A DNA stretch of 64,000 nt, taken from contig CAWJZV010000004.1 in assembly GCA_963847445.1 (NCBI GenBank), positions 64,001-128,000 of the forward strand, written 5' to 3'. Origin of the DNA: an uncultured delta proteobacterium. GTDB taxonomy: Bacteria > Desulfobacterota > Binatia > UBA9968. The translations under genes and the position numbers were made by a program. Every line of letters begins with the position of its first letter. The first letter of the stretch is position 1. Below, piece after piece: positions 31,887 to 43,894 of the stretch. Below the pieces are notes generated by a model, which ran no database searches, was not told the origin of the DNA, and worked only from the letters and a program-made list of their open reading frames with translations.

Positions 31887-33724
31887 ATGACTCAAGCACA
31901 ACTCACCCGCCGCGACGATCTGCGCAACATCGCGATCATCGCCCACGTCGATCACGGCAAGACCACTCTGGTCGACGCCTTGCTGCACCAGAGCGGTATT
32001 TTCCGCGCCAACGAGCATGTCGCCGAACGGGTCATGGATTCCATGGATCTCGAGCGCGAACGCGGCATCACGATCATGGCGAAGAACACCACGATCCATT
32101 ACGCCAAGGTCAAGATCAACATCGTCGACACTCCCGGCCATGCCGACTTCGGCGGCGAAGTGGAACGCACCTTGGCGATGGTCGACGGCGTCATGCTGCT
32201 GGTCGACGCCTCGGAAGGGCCGCTGCCGCAGACCCGCTTCGTTTTGAAGAAAGGCGCTTGAAGCCAAACTCACGCCGATCGTCTGCATCAATAAGATCGA
32301 CCGGCCCGACGCGCGCATCGCCGAGGTGCTCGACGAAATCTATGATCTGTTCATCGATCTCGACGCCAGCGAAGACCAGCTCGATTTCCCGGTGGTCTAT
32401 ACCAACGCCCGCGCCGGCACCGCGACACTCGATTTGAAACAGCCCGGTGAAAATTTGAAGCCGATGTTCGAGCTGATCGTCAACACACTGCCCGGGCCCG
32501 AGCTACGACCCGGCGATGCCGACGCAATTCCAAGCCAACAATCTCGATTACAACGACTACGTCGGCCGGCTCGCCGTCGGCCGAGTGAAAAACGGCACGC
32601 TCGCGCCCGGGCAATATATGCTTTGCCGCGTCGGCGGCAAGCAAGAGGTGGTCAAGATCACCCAGGTCTACGGCTGGCAGGGGCTCAAGCGCGTCGAAGT
32701 CGCGTCCGTGCAAGCCGGCGACATCGCCGCCATCGCCGGCATCGAGGACATCGGCATCGGCGATACCATCACCGACCGCGAAAAACCGCAGGCGCTGCCG
32801 CCGCTGCGCATCGACGAACCGACCATCGCCATGCTGTTCTGCGCCAACAATTCGCCCTGGTCCGGCCGCGAAGGCGAACATGTCACCTCGCGCAAGCTGC
32901 GCGAACGATTGTTCTTCGAAGCCCGGCGCAACGTCAGTCTGCGGGTCGAGGAAACCGCCCAGCCGGATGCCTTTCAAGTCACCGGCCGCGGCGAATTCGC
33001 CCTGGCCATCGTCATCGAGACCATGCGCCGCGAAGGCTACGAGATGATGGTCTCCAAGCCCACCGTCGTCACCCGCGAGATCGACGGCGTGATCCATGAA
33101 CCGATGGAACTCTTGGTGATCGATATTCCCGAGGATTTTATCGGCGTGGTGTCGCAGCTGCTGGCCATGCGCAAGGGCAAGATGACCAAGATGATCCACG
33201 CCGGCACCAGCCGCGTGCGTTTGGAATTCGCCGTGCCGTCGCGCGGCCTGATCGGCTTTCGCTCGCGCTTTCTCACCGACACCCGCGGCACCGGCATCAT
33301 GAACGCGCTGTTCAACGGCTGGGAACCCTGGCATGGCACGATTCAATCGCGCACCAACGCCGCCATGGTCGCCGACCGCGAAGGCTCCGCCCCGCCCTAC
33401 GCGATTTATCACTTGCAAGAACGCGGCGTCATGTTCATCGCGCCGGGCACCAAAGTCTACGAAGGCATGGTGGTCGGCGAGTACTCGCGCGAAAATGACT
33501 TGAACGTCAACGTCTGCAAAGAGAAAAAGCTCACCAACATGCGCGCGTCGGGCAAGGACGAAAACATCATCATCTCGCCGCACCGCGAGATGGGGCTGGA
33601 AGCCGGCTTGGAATGGATCTCTGACGATGAGTTGGTCGAAGTCACGCCGCAGTCCATCAGACTGCGCAAGAAGATTCTCAAACAAGCCGACCGGCCACGC
33701 CGCCGCCACGAGGAGGAAGATTAG
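31887..33724 (+). CDS. typA: Translational GTPase TypA/BipA; two frameshifts
   Basis: [68 protein letters not shown]. Confidence 0.95.
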
Positions 33725-33967
33725 CCTGTATGAGTCAACTTGGCGCGTAGCTTAGCCAGCGAACACGCGTCGCAGCTGAGCGGCCTGCTCGTTACGGCTG
33801 TAATCAAACTGCAATTCCCCAGTGAACTGAATCCAAGCGTCCTGATGCTGCCCAAGGTTGGCTTCGGAAACTGCCGCCGTCTCGAGCGTCCTCACATACC
33901 TTTTAGCGGTTCAAATGGAGTTGTGAGAAAAGGCTCTCGCGGGCGTCTGGTCTTCAGCGCTCAATGT

Positions 33968-34972
33968 TCATTTCGCCGCCGGCTCCACCCCACAGCTTGT
34001 CCATGAACCCGCTCTTCTCCAATTCGTCCAAGTAGCGCCGGTCATAAAGCTCCTGCGGTTTGAACTTCTTCGCCCGCGCATCGGTCGGCGCGATGTCGTC
34101 GAGGATCGCTTGCACCGCTTCGAGGCGCAGCTCCATGCGCGGTTCGAGGGATTTGATCTCGGCATTGTAGGCCTGGTCGAGCACTTTGCGGTCGCTCGAT
34201 GCGCAGGTATTTGCTCAGGACTTTGAAGACTATTTCTTTGTCGCTGTGCAAAATCTTCGCGGCCTCGGCCATGGCGCGCATGAAGCGGCCAAGCAGCGGT
34301 GAGTTCTGGGCGATAAACGAGCGGCGCGTGATAAACGACACGGCAACATGCGCGATGCGCAGATCGGGGCCGTAGACAACATACTGGTAACCCTGGGAGA
34401 TCGGCGCGGGCGTCCCAAGGCGCCGACATGGTGCCGGCGTCGATGGCGCCGGAGAGCAGCGCCGCCAACATCTCCGGCGCGCCGCCGGTCTGCACCATCG
34501 CATAGTCCCGTCCCGCTTCCATGCCGCGCCGCTTGAACGCTTGGAGCGCGAAATAGTGGGTGGTCGCGCCGATGCGCGTGACGCCGATCTTCTTGCCGCG
34601 CAGGTCTTCCAGCCGTTTGATTTCCGGCTTGGCGAGAATGCTTTGAGTCAAATGGTTCTTGATGCCGGCGATGAATACCAGATCGTTGTTGCCGCCCACC
34701 ACCGTGCGCACCAGACCGACGCCGCCGTCGATCATTAACTGCGCCTCGCCGCCCAACATCGCCGCCGTTGCCAACGGCGAGGTGCCAATGTAGACCAGCG
34801 GAAATTCCAAATTGTATTTGCGAAAAATGCCGGTTTCCTCGGCGATCCACGGCATCGACTGCGACATGACCCGCGCCGACTGCACGCCGATCAAGCGATC
34901 CGCCGCTGACAGCAGACGGCCCTCAGCAAACGTGAACACCAGCAGGAACAATGGCAGCAAGATTACCTTCAT
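33968..34972 (-). CDS. ABC transporter substrate-binding protein, NMT1/THI5/SsuA-like; frameshifted
   Basis: Signal peptide, WIAEETGIFRKYNL, DLRGKKIGVTRIG, D.RYLDELEKSGF..KLW. Confidence 0.85.
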   Translation of the reverse strand: MKVILLPLFLLVFTFAEGRLLSAADRLIGVQSARVMSQSMPWIAEETGIFRKYNLEFPLVYIGTSPLATAAMLGGEAQLMIDGGVGLVRTVVGGNNDLVFIAGIKNHLTQSILAKPEIKRLEDLRGKKIGVTRIGATTHYFALQAFKRRGMEAGRDYAMVQTGGAPEMLAALLSGAIDAGTMSAPWDARADLPGLPVCCLRPRSAHRACCRVVYHAPLVYRPELTAAWPLHARHGRGREDFAQRQRNSLQSPEQIPAHRATAKCSTRPTMPRSNPSNRAWSCASKRCKRSSTTSRRPMRGRRSSNRRSFMTGATWTNWRRAGSWTSCGVEPAAK

Positions 34973-35264
34973 GATTCCCCCTTTCCCAAGAAACCAGCGA
35001 TAATGGTGAAGAGTTTTGACGGTTTTCGGCTGAGCTTTTTTGCCAGCTGTTTGGCGGTGACCCGGTACTTGAACGCCTTGCGTCCGTCGATGAAAAGCAC
35101 CGGCACTTGGTCGGCGGAATTTTTCGCGCAACTCCAACGAGCCGATCGACGTCGATCTCGTCAATTTCGAGCGGCAGATCGGCCGCGACTTGTCGAATCA
35201 CCGCCTTCATCTCGTCGCACAGGCAACAATCCTTGCGCGAATATAGCGTCAACTTGGCCGTCAT
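34969..35264 (-). CDS. Glutaredoxin-like protein (DUF836 type); frameshifted
   Basis: LTLYSRKDCCLCDEMK, then VPVLFIDGRKAFKYR after a frameshift. Confidence 0.8.
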
Positions 35265-38200
35265 TTGACCGGTGACTTGGCAGGTTCGTTAGGTTCTTGT
35301 TTTTTCTCGGTATCACCGAGCGTGAGGATGCTTTTGGGGATGCCGAGAACGCTCCAAAACATTTCGGATAAAGTTCCTAACGGCATCGCCGTGATGGTCG
35401 GCTCTTCGATACGACCCTTGATGCTAAAACTGCCGACCAGGAAGGAATTCATGATGGCGGCGACGCCTCGGCCTAAGAATCGGCACTTGATTGAACGCCG
35501 ATTCGATGCCGGCGAAGGGCCGCACGGCAACCACCAGATCGATCTCATCGTTCGGCACATCGATCTTGCCGGCGCCGGTCATGCGCAAGTCGTTGCTGTC
35601 GACGAGCAAATTTTCCGTTGCGTAGATACCTTTGGTCACTTTGAAGTCGGCGGTGATGGCGCGGAAGCGAATCCCCTGTTTGGTCAGATCGGGCAACTGC
35701 AAGGTAAACCAGCGCGACAAGATCGAGCAAGTTGAGAATTTGCACGAGAGCGCGCATCCGGTTGATCGTGCCGTCCTCGATGCGCAGGTTGAACGTGCCG
35801 TTTATGTTTTGCTTCAGTTCAGCGTCGTTAGTTGCCGGTCGTCTCCAGATTGCCGGTGAGATTCACCCGCCCAGTCATATCGGTATTGGTGATATTGAAC
35901 CAGCGCAGAAACGATTCCACCGGCACGGCTTGAATTTTTGGCAGCGCGACAATTCCCAGGCTATCCGGCCGGTCGAAAATCGTCGTCCCGCCGACGATGG
36001 TGCCGCCGGCGGAGCGCGCGTTCAGATTGGTCAATCGCCAGACCCGCCGGTCGATGGTCGCATCGGTCTTCATGTCGCTGAACTCGAAGTTCCTGATCCG
36101 GCCTTTGGCCAAGGCAATTTTCCCCTCGGCCTGAAGATTTGCGTAAAACTCGCTGGCCTCGGCGTCAATTTGCGAAATCAAATAAGTCACGTCCAAATTG
36201 GGCGCGGCGAAGTCGAAGAGCAGCGGCGGCTTCTCGGCGTAGCGCCAGCGCCCGCTAGCGCTTGCCGGAACCCCGACCAGCAGTGCCTTGAGATTGTGAA
36301 AATCGATCCCCGACTCGTCGATCTCGATCTTGCCGTTAAGCTCGCGCAGCGGCTGCAAGAGCGGTTTCACCATCAGCTGGACGTTGACCAATTCCAAATC
36401 GCCGGTGAACTTGCGTCTGCTCTTGTCGAGCGAGCGCGCCGCGGTAGCGCACCGCGCCACGGATAATCCCGGGATCGTTGAGCGAGCCCTGGTCGAGCAA
36501 GATCTGCGTGATCACGCCGGCGCGCACGCCGGTGGATTCGACGCCCAGGTCAAAGGTGCCGTCATCCGCGCCGTAATCATTGAGCGCCAATTGCAGCTGC
36601 ACCGGCGCGCCTCTCAGTTGCGCGCGGATCTTTTCGCCCTTGATCTCCTTGGGCGAGAAGGCGATCTCTCCCTTGATCTCGCTCAAGGCATAGTCGTCGT
36701 AGCGCAGCCGGGCTTTGTCCAAGGTGACTTTGCCGGCGAATTGTAGCGGCTCGTTAGCGGCCCGTTTCACGGTCAAATCGACGCGGCTGCGGCCATCGAG
36801 TTCGTCAATCGAAGCGGCGATCTTGGCGGTGCGCTCGGAAATAAATTCGGCTTTCAGCTGATTACGCAGCTCGGCCAGATTGAAATCACCGCGAGCCGCG
36901 AGCTCGAGCCCGCCGCGTCCGCTCGGCGTCAAATCATAGCTGGCATCGACATCGTGCAATTGGGAATCGCCGTAGGCGCCCTTGAGATCGCGCACGGTTA
37001 ACCGGCCGTCTTGCAAACTCACCCGCCCTGAACGCCGCGCAGCGGCAACGTGCCGCGCGCGGCAAGACTGCCGGAGACGTCGCGCAATTCGGCGTCGAAC
37101 CAGAGCTGTTTGCCGATACCCGTCTGCGCCAAGCGGCGCAGTTCGCCGAGTGTGGCGTTAACACCGGCGCTTTAAGCTCCACTTGCCCGCTCTGGATCGA
37201 GCTCAGGCTCTTTTCCCACAGTGGCGATTCGATGATTCTCAATGGCAAGTAGCGGCGCAGCGTCGTCAGCGGCACCGACAGCTCCGAGAGCTGCAACGAT
37301 AGCCGCGGTTCCGCGCTTTCAATCGCGTCGATACTGCCGGCAAAGGCGAACTTGACATCGTCGATGCGCAGACTCGGCGCGCTTGATGGTCAATTTTTCC
37401 CGACTCCACTCGGCCTCGAAGCTGGTCCGGCCGTCCGCGCCGGTCAACGGGGCGAGTCAGCAGTTCCGGCGCGTCGACCGAGATCTGTTTGAATTCGATA
37501 TCGCCTTTGAGTCGCAGCTGCTTCTCGGGATAGCCTTCGACATGGAGCCGCTGGGCGAGATGACCGCTCGCCGACTTGATCGGTAAATGCTCGCCGAGAT
37601 GGACTTGAATCAGCGACGCCGGAAAATCGACGAGATCGATATCGGCGTACCAGTGCGCTTGGTGAAAATCCAGAGCTTCCTGCGGAAACACCAACCGCCC
37701 GGAGGCCTTGAGCTGCATCGGCGCATGGTCTTTTTCTACCTGGCTGTTAAGTTCGAAATGCAGCGCCGCACCGGTTGATTTCCGCCGACGGGCGCGCGAT
37801 CAGATCCTTCATGAACTCGCGCAGCCGCTGGCCGCGCACGCGTTCGACCGTGACGTCGGCTTGGCGTAAGCGCCATTCGCCCAGGCCGGCACGCTTACGC
37901 CGATCCGACGTAATCGATGGCACCGTTGCGGATCTTGACGGTTTGCAGATCCAGACTGAACTGCTCACCGGGGCGTTTGAGCATCGGCAAATTCATCAGC
38001 TTTTCGAGCAGCGGAATGCGCCCCTCGGCGTCGCCGACCAGCGCGATGGTCGGCCGCTGCAAGCGAATTTCATAAAATATCACTTGACGCTGCAGCAACG
38101 GCAGCAGCGCCACTCGCGCCGTGACCCGCTCGGCGGCGATCTCCGGCGTAGCGCTGTCCGGCATGGCGATGGCGACATCGCGAAATGCTATTCCCGTGAC

Positions 38201-38386
38201 CCAACCGATTTCAATGTCCGCGGCGCCAACACCAACCTTGAGCGCGGTGTTTTGTTCGATCTCGTCGATGACAAAACTGCGGAATTCGCCGACTCGAACC
38301 AGATGGTAAAATGCCACGGCGCAAACAATGAAAAAAAGCACGGCGGTAATGCCGATGAACGCGCCGATCTTGAGGAGTGTTTTCAT
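35261..38386 (-). CDS. AsmA-like / YhdP-type large envelope protein; many frameshifts
   Basis: N-terminal TM anchor, ARVALLPLLQRQV, repeated beta-rich segments, C-terminal AsmA_2-like ..FRAITADF.V.KG....NLLVDS...GKID, F.IKG.IEEP. Confidence 0.75.
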
Positions 38387-38646
38387 GTGTAAACAAAGAC
38401 GCGCTTCAATCGCTTCGGGCGGTTGCTCTCCTCGGTGGGAACGCGGAACGCTAAACCATCGTCAATGCTAAAGCAAGTTCACTGCAGTCGCAAGCGTCAT
38501 GCGGCGCCAACGCAGTCCTCAAAGTTACTATTGCTGAGTTCGCGCAAAGGGCAAAATACAGCGCATCGGTGCGCGGCTCTATCGATTTGCATAGTTTTGC
38601 AATCGTTCACCGCCGCGGCGATTCTTGCCCGGCGCCAATTCTTGCC

Positions 38647-38675
38647 TTGACAGCCCTAGATGAACTTGTTAGATA
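38647..38675 (+). promoter_or_regulatory. Possible sigma-70 promoter
   Basis: TTGACA-N17-TAGATA with TG at the extended -10 position, upstream of the HTH gene. Confidence 0.4.
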
Positions 38676-38719
38676 AAACGAACTTTTTCGCCTACTGGTG
38701 TTTACCACAGGGAGAGTCT

Positions 38720-38914
38720 ATGGTGGATCGAGAAGAAGAACTGCTCAACAGCAAACAAGTCGCCGTGATTCTCGACATGAGTCCGGACACTGTCAATGAA
38801 TTTGCCCGAAAAAACATTCTCCCGGCCTTCAAAAAGGGCAAGCAATGGCGATTTCGCAAGCGCGACATTTCAATTTTCTACAAGAAACAACCGAAGGATA
38901 TCCGCGACGCCTAG
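38720..38914 (+). CDS. Small excisionase-like helix-turn-helix protein (HTH_17)
   Basis: LLNSKQVAVILDMSPDTV..FARKNILPAFKKGKQWRF; GGAG RBS. Confidence 0.85.
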   Translation: MVDREEELLNSKQVAVILDMSPDTVNEFARKNILPAFKKGKQWRFRKRDISIFYKKQPKDIRDA

Positions 38915-38943
38915 TCGGACGTGGTTGATTGGGGTTGGGGCGC

Positions 38944-39601
38944 ATGGCTGAAATCGAGGCGCACGAGAGCAAACTTTACGGAGAGTTCGCCCCGCTATAC
39001 GACAAAATCTTCGGCAAGATTTTCTACAGTCGCTCGAACGGGTGATTGAGATCTCGGCATTCCCGCGGGCGCGAAGGTTCTCGAGGTCGGCGCCGGCACG
39101 GGCACTTCGTTTCCCGCCTATCCCACTCATTGCGAATGTTACTGGCATCGACTTGGCGCCGGACATGCTCGCGCGCGCGCGGCAAAAAATCGTCGACAAC
39201 GGCTGGCACCATTTCAAAGTCATCGAGATGAATGCCCTCAATCTCAAGTTTCCCGACAATCGCTTCGACTACGTCATGGCGTTTCATGTCGTCACCGTGG
39301 TGCCCGATCCGGTGCGCATGATCGCTGAGGCCAAACGGGTCTGCAAGCCGAGCGGCAAGATCGTTATCGTCAATCACTTTACCAGCGATGTCCCGGTACT
39401 CGGCATCGCTCACTCGATCGATCGATCCGCTCACCCGCTGGCTCGGTTGGCGCACCGATCTCAAGCTTAAACCGTTTATCGCAACTCACTGGCCTGATCA
39501 TGGAAAAGGTTTACAAAATTAACAAGACTTCCCTCTACACCGTGGTCTTGGCCAGAAAACACTCCAACTCCAACGGTCACTATGTCGCGCGTGAACTCTA
39601 G
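38944..39601 (+). CDS. Class I SAM-dependent methyltransferase (PmtA-like); several frameshifts
   Basis: FAPLYDKIFG, VLEVGAGTG, TGIDLAPDML, MNA.NLKFPDN.FD, TVVPDP, RVCKPSG.IVIVNHF. Confidence 0.75.
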
Positions 39602-39780
39602 CCTAAGCGTGCATGGCCGCCGCCAATCGATGGCTTGACGGGGCCCGCGCCCACAAAATCGGCTGACAAGTTTGCCTAGAATCGAAACAACGCGGTTAGC
39701 AATTGTCTCCGGTGACCTGTGATGCAATCGTTATCGGACGTGGCGAGGCAGTAACTCACGAGGAGGGATCGTTGGATAAA

Positions 39781-39972
39781 TTATCGCGGCAGGTCTTTGG
39801 GATCCTTCTTCACTTCTTTTTCAGCTTCGTCGTCTTTTTCGGTAACGCCTTTTTTGAAATCCCGGATCGCCTTGCCGAGTCCGCTGCCGATCTGCGGCAG
39901 CTTACTGGGACCGAAAATCACCAGAGCGATCACGAGAATCACCATCAGTTCCGGCACACCAAGTCCAAACAT
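39781..39972 (-). CDS. tatA: Twin-arginine translocase TatA/TatE subunit
   Basis: MFGLGVPELMVILVIALVIFGPSKLPQIGSGLGKAIRDFKK. Confidence 0.95.
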   Translation of the reverse strand: MFGLGVPELMVILVIALVIFGPSKLPQIGSGLGKAIRDFKKGVTEKDDEAEKEVKKDPKDLPR

Positions 39973-39980
39973 GAATCCTC

Positions 39981-41421
39981 CTAAGCTTTACGCTTCACGG
40001 CGAAGAATACCGCGTTATCGCCCCGCTGTACAAGCAGCAGGATACGGTCGCCGCGCCGGCCTTGCCGCGTCGCCCGTTCAAAATCTTTGACATTGGCCAC
40101 GGCGCGCTGGTTAACCTCGCGAATCACATCCGCCGGTTCGATGCCGACCAGGTCGGCCGGACTGCCCGGCTGCACCTCGACCACCAAGCACCCCTTTGGC
40201 TGAACTCAGACCCAAGCGCCGCGCCGCTTCCGGCGTGATGCGCTGCACCCGCAGACCGAGCTCGGCATCGCGCGCCTCGGCCTGCTGATTGACATCGGCT
40301 TCGTCGCCGAGTTCGCCGATGCGCACCGCGACGGTTTGCTCCTTTTTCTCGCGCAATATTTTGAGCGAAACTTTTTGCCCCGGCGCGATATCGGCAATCA
40401 CGCCGGGGAACTCATTGCTCTTGGGCACGGCTTTGCCATTGAACTCGACGATCACATCGCCGGTCTTGATGCCCGCTTCGGCCGCGGGGCTCTTATCGGC
40501 CACTTCGGTGACGATCGCCAGATCGGCGGCGGTTCGCGTGACTCCTAGTGAAGCGGCGATGGGCTGGCACTAAGGTCCTGGGCGCGCACGCCCAGCCAAC
40601 CGCGCACCACTTTGCCGTTTTTGCGCAACTGGTCCAAGACCTTTTTCGCCAGATCGATGGGAATCGCGAAGCCGATACCGACATTGCCGCCGGATTGACT
40701 GAAGATCGCGGTATTGACGCCGATCACTTCGCCGTCGGCGCTGATCAGCGGTCCACCGCTGTTGCCTGGGTTGATCGAGGCATCGGTCTGAATGAAATTG
40801 TCGTAGGGACCGGCGCCGATCACCCGCCCCTTGGCGCTGACGATGCCCGCGGTGACGGTATGCTCGAGACCGAAGGGGTTGCCGATCGCCATCACCCAAT
40901 CGCCGACGTCCAGCTGGCTCGAGTTGCCGAGCTTGGCGAAGGGCAGATTGCCGCCGGAGCGACGGATCTTGATCAAGGCCAAGTCGGTGCGATCGTCCTT
41001 GCCGATCAAGCGCGCTTCATGCTCGCTCTGATCCGCCAGTTTCACCTTGATCGTGTCGGCGCTGCGCACGACATGATAACTGGTGAGGATCTCACCGTCC
41101 CGGCTGATCAGAATCCCCGAGCCCAAACTGCGCGAGTTGTTCTCACGCGGCGCCGACTCGCCGAAAAACCGATTGAAGAAATCTTCGATGGGATCGTTGG
41201 AGCCCGAACGCGGCGAGCGTTGCGTCAGGGTCGAAATGTTGACCACCACCGGCATGGTTTTTTTGGCGATGCTGGCAAAGGACGGCGGACGGTTGCCGTC
41301 CAGAGCAGCCAGATTGGCGGCCTGTGCGTCGCCAGATCAGCTGCAGTCCGAACCCGCTCGAGCCATACAGCAGACTGGCGATCAAATACCGGCGCCACAG
41401 CGATCGATCCCGTGTAACCAT
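39981..41421 (-). CDS. DegP/DegQ-family periplasmic serine protease with two PDZ domains; frameshifted
   Basis: SLGSG, LTSYHVV, TDLALIK, IGNPFGL, QTDASINPGNSGGPL, GIGFAIP, RGWLGV, SPAA.AG. Confidence 0.92.
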
Positions 41422-41569
41422 CAGCGATAAATCCTCGATAGATCTCGACTCTGCCAGCACAATAGCAAATTTCCCGCGCGCGGTGAAACCGGCGGGCGAA
41501 AGGCCAAAACATTTGCAAATAACCATCTCAGTGTCTATGAAGTAACCAGCCCTAGCGTCGAAAGCAACC

Positions 41570-42922
41570 ATGAAACCCGCTCCCATCGATTACGACACCG
41601 TGCGCGAGATGCTGCGCACCGCGACGCCGGACCGCGTGCTGCGTTTCATCGGCAAAAGCCACCCCGCCGACATCGCCTTGCTATTCAAAGGGCTCGATTC
41701 AGCGGAAGTGCGCCAACTGTTCGACGTGCTGTTCTCGTCGCGCCGCGCCGCCAAGACGCTTAAAGAGCTGCCTTTCGAATTATTGCCCGACATTCTCGCC
41801 TTGATCGACGATGAGAAAGTCGGCCGGCTGATCGTGCGCGCCGACCCAGATGAGGCGGTCACCTTCATCGACAGCCTCCCCGACGAGCGCCGCGAGCGGG
41901 TCATGGCGCTGCTCGACCCGGAGCGCCGGGCCGCGGTACGCGAAATAATCAACTACCCAGAGGGCACCGTGGGCCGTTTGATGACCACCGACTTCATGGC
42001 GCTGCCGCCGGACGCCACCGCCCAAGGCGCCATCGATAAGATCCGCGAGCGCGGCGAACTCGAGAGCTTTTTCTATCTCTATGTCGTCGACAACGACGGC
42101 AAGCTGGTCGGCGTCGTGCCGATCCGCAACCTCGTGATCGCGCCGCCAGCACGCAAATTGCGCGACATGATGATCGCCGATCCGATCAAAGCCGATGTCT
42201 TCATGGATCAAGAGGATGCCGCGCGCATCGTCGCCAAGTACGAGCTCTTGGCGCTGCCGATCGTCGACGAAGGCGGCCGCTTGGAAGGCATCATCACCGT
42301 CGACGATGTCATCGACATCATCAAAGAAGAAAGCACCGAGGACATGTACAAGATGGTCGGCTTGGCCGAGGAAGACCGGGTCTTCACGCCGGTGTCGCGC
42401 TCGGTGAAAATGCGCCTGCCCTGGACCATCCTCAATTTGCTGACGGCAACGCTCGCCGCATCCATCGTCGGCCTCTTCGAAGGCACGCTTCATGAGATCA
42501 TCGCCCTGGTCACGTTCATGCCGGTGATCGCCGGTGTCGGCGGCAACGGCGCCACCCAGACCGCGACGGTGATCATTCGCGCCATCGCCCTGGGCGAGCT
42601 GGAGTTTTCCTCGGCCTGGAAGGCGGTGGTCAATCAAGTGTCGGTCAATATCTGCATCGCCATCGCCGCCGGCGCCATGATCGCCCTGGCGGCGATTTTG
42701 TGGAAGGGCAATCCTTATCTGGGACTGGTGCTCGCCGGCGCGATGTTATTGAATCTCGGACTGATGGCGGGCTTTGCCGGCGCGGTCATCCCCTTATTGC
42801 TCAAAGGCATGAAACTCGACCCGGCCCTCGGTTCCGGCATCATCGTGACTGGCCTAACCGATGCCTTTGGCTTTCTCTCGTTTCTCGGACTGGCGACGAT
42901 CTTCCGCAGTTATTTGATCTAG
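41570..42922 (+). CDS. mgtE: Magnesium transporter MgtE
   Basis: HPADIA N-domain, CBS pair, GIITVDD, RLPW, GGNGATQT, DPALGSG...TD. Confidence 0.93.
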   Translation: MKPAPIDYDTVREMLRTATPDRVLRFIGKSHPADIALLFKGLDSAEVRQLFDVLFSSRRAAKTLKELPFELLPDILALIDDEKVGRLIVRADPDEAVTFIDSLPDERRERVMALLDPERRAAVREIINYPEGTVGRLMTTDFMALPPDATAQGAIDKIRERGELESFFYLYVVDNDGKLVGVVPIRNLVIAPPARKLRDMMIADPIKADVFMDQEDAARIVAKYELLALPIVDEGGRLEGIITVDDVIDIIKEESTEDMYKMVGLAEEDRVFTPVSRSVKMRLPWTILNLLTATLAASIVGLFEGTLHEIIALVTFMPVIAGVGGNGATQTATVIIRAIALGELEFSSAWKAVVNQVSVNICIAIAAGAMIALAAILWKGNPYLGLVLAGAMLLNLGLMAGFAGAVIPLLLKGMKLDPALGSGIIVTGLTDAFGFLSFLGLATIFRSYLI

Positions 42923-43894
42923 ATCGTCTTCATCGGCAATCGCGCCGGCCGCTTTAGGCGACTTTTGCAATAAGAACAGGACGCCGCCGATTAAACTATC
43001 AAGGGCAACGATCAAGAACAGCAACAGACCGAAGGCGATGCCATTTTCACTGCTAATGCCAATCACGGCGAGCAAATAAATGTAACCTCCTTCGCGCAGC
43101 CCCAACCCATTTAAACTCACCGGGATCGCCGCAAAGGTTCCCACCAACGGATAGACGATGAGACAAAACGCAAGCGGCACCTCTAAACCGAGCGCGCGGC
43201 CCATCACAAGATGCATCCAGGCTTGAATTAAATGAGCGACCAGGGAGAGCGCAGCCGCGACCGCCAACGCGCGCCACTGGGTTCGATAACTGTGCAGGGC
43301 TAAGCGGATTTTGACGACCATCGGATGGCCGTCCTCGGGTAACACACGCCTGAGCAACGGCAGAAGCAAAACCGCGCCGACAAAACCCGCCGCGAGCAAA
43401 GCGTGATCGAACGAACCGTCGGCGGAACCGCGTACTCGGGAAACAACAGCAACCCCGCGGCGCCTAACCAGACCAACACGATCATACCGATGGCGCGATC
43501 CATCAGCACCGACATGGCGGCGTGCGTCGTCGTCACAGCGCGCCCCTTGGCGTGAGATTCTTGATCGCGCGCGAGGTAAACAACCCGGCTGACATCGCCG
43601 CCCACCGTGCCAGGCGCGAACAGATTGAAGAACATGCCGATCAAGTAATATTTGAGTAAATCTTGTGAACGGCGTCTCGATTCCCAACGGCCGCGCGAGG
43701 GCGGCCCAGCGCGCGGCACTAATCGCTTGGGTACACAGATAGATGACCAGCGCCAGCGCGATCCACCAATAATTCGCCGTCGCAAAGGTATGCAGAAAGC
43801 GCTCGGGATGAACTCGCGAAAGAAAATAAGCTAGCAGACCGCCGCTGACGAGCAGCTTCACTAACAAGATGAGAATCGGTTTGGCCTTTTTCAT
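42854..43894 (-). CDS. Lysylphosphatidylglycerol synthase TM / flippase-like membrane protein; internal frameshifts
   Basis: RW..L, IGMFFNLFAPGTVGGDV.R, DR, PVSLNGLGLREG. Confidence 0.8.
   Translation of the reverse strand: MKKAKPILILLVKLLVSGGLLAYFLSRVHPERFLHTFATANYWWIALALVIYLCTQAISAARWAALARPLGIETPFTRFTQILLDRHVLQSVRAWHGGRRCQPGCLPRARSRISRQGARCDDDARRHVGADGSRHRYDRVGLVRRRGVAVVSRVRGSADGSFDHALLAAGFVGAVLLLPLLRRVLPEDGHPMVVKIRLALHSYRTQWRALAVAAALSLVAHLIQAWMHLVMGRALGLEVPLAFCLIVYPLVGTFAAIPVSLNGLGLREGGYIYLLAVIGISSENGIAFGLLLFLIVALDSLIGGVLFLLQKSPKAAGAIADEDDLDQITAEDRRQSEKREKAKGIG

Noticed and set aside
33730-33965. Spacer between typA and the binding-protein gene as a small gene or ncRNA
   Set aside because: Short open frames but no recognisable motif, start signal or structure.
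38720-38914. Excisionase-like HTH as evidence of a prophage or ICE
   Set aside because: No integrase, att site or phage genes nearby; flanked by housekeeping-type genes.
41460-41520. Hairpin with GAAA between the DegP-type gene and mgtE as a riboswitch
   Set aside because: Too short for an M-box and lacks the conserved c-di-GMP riboswitch elements; an Rfam scan would be needed.
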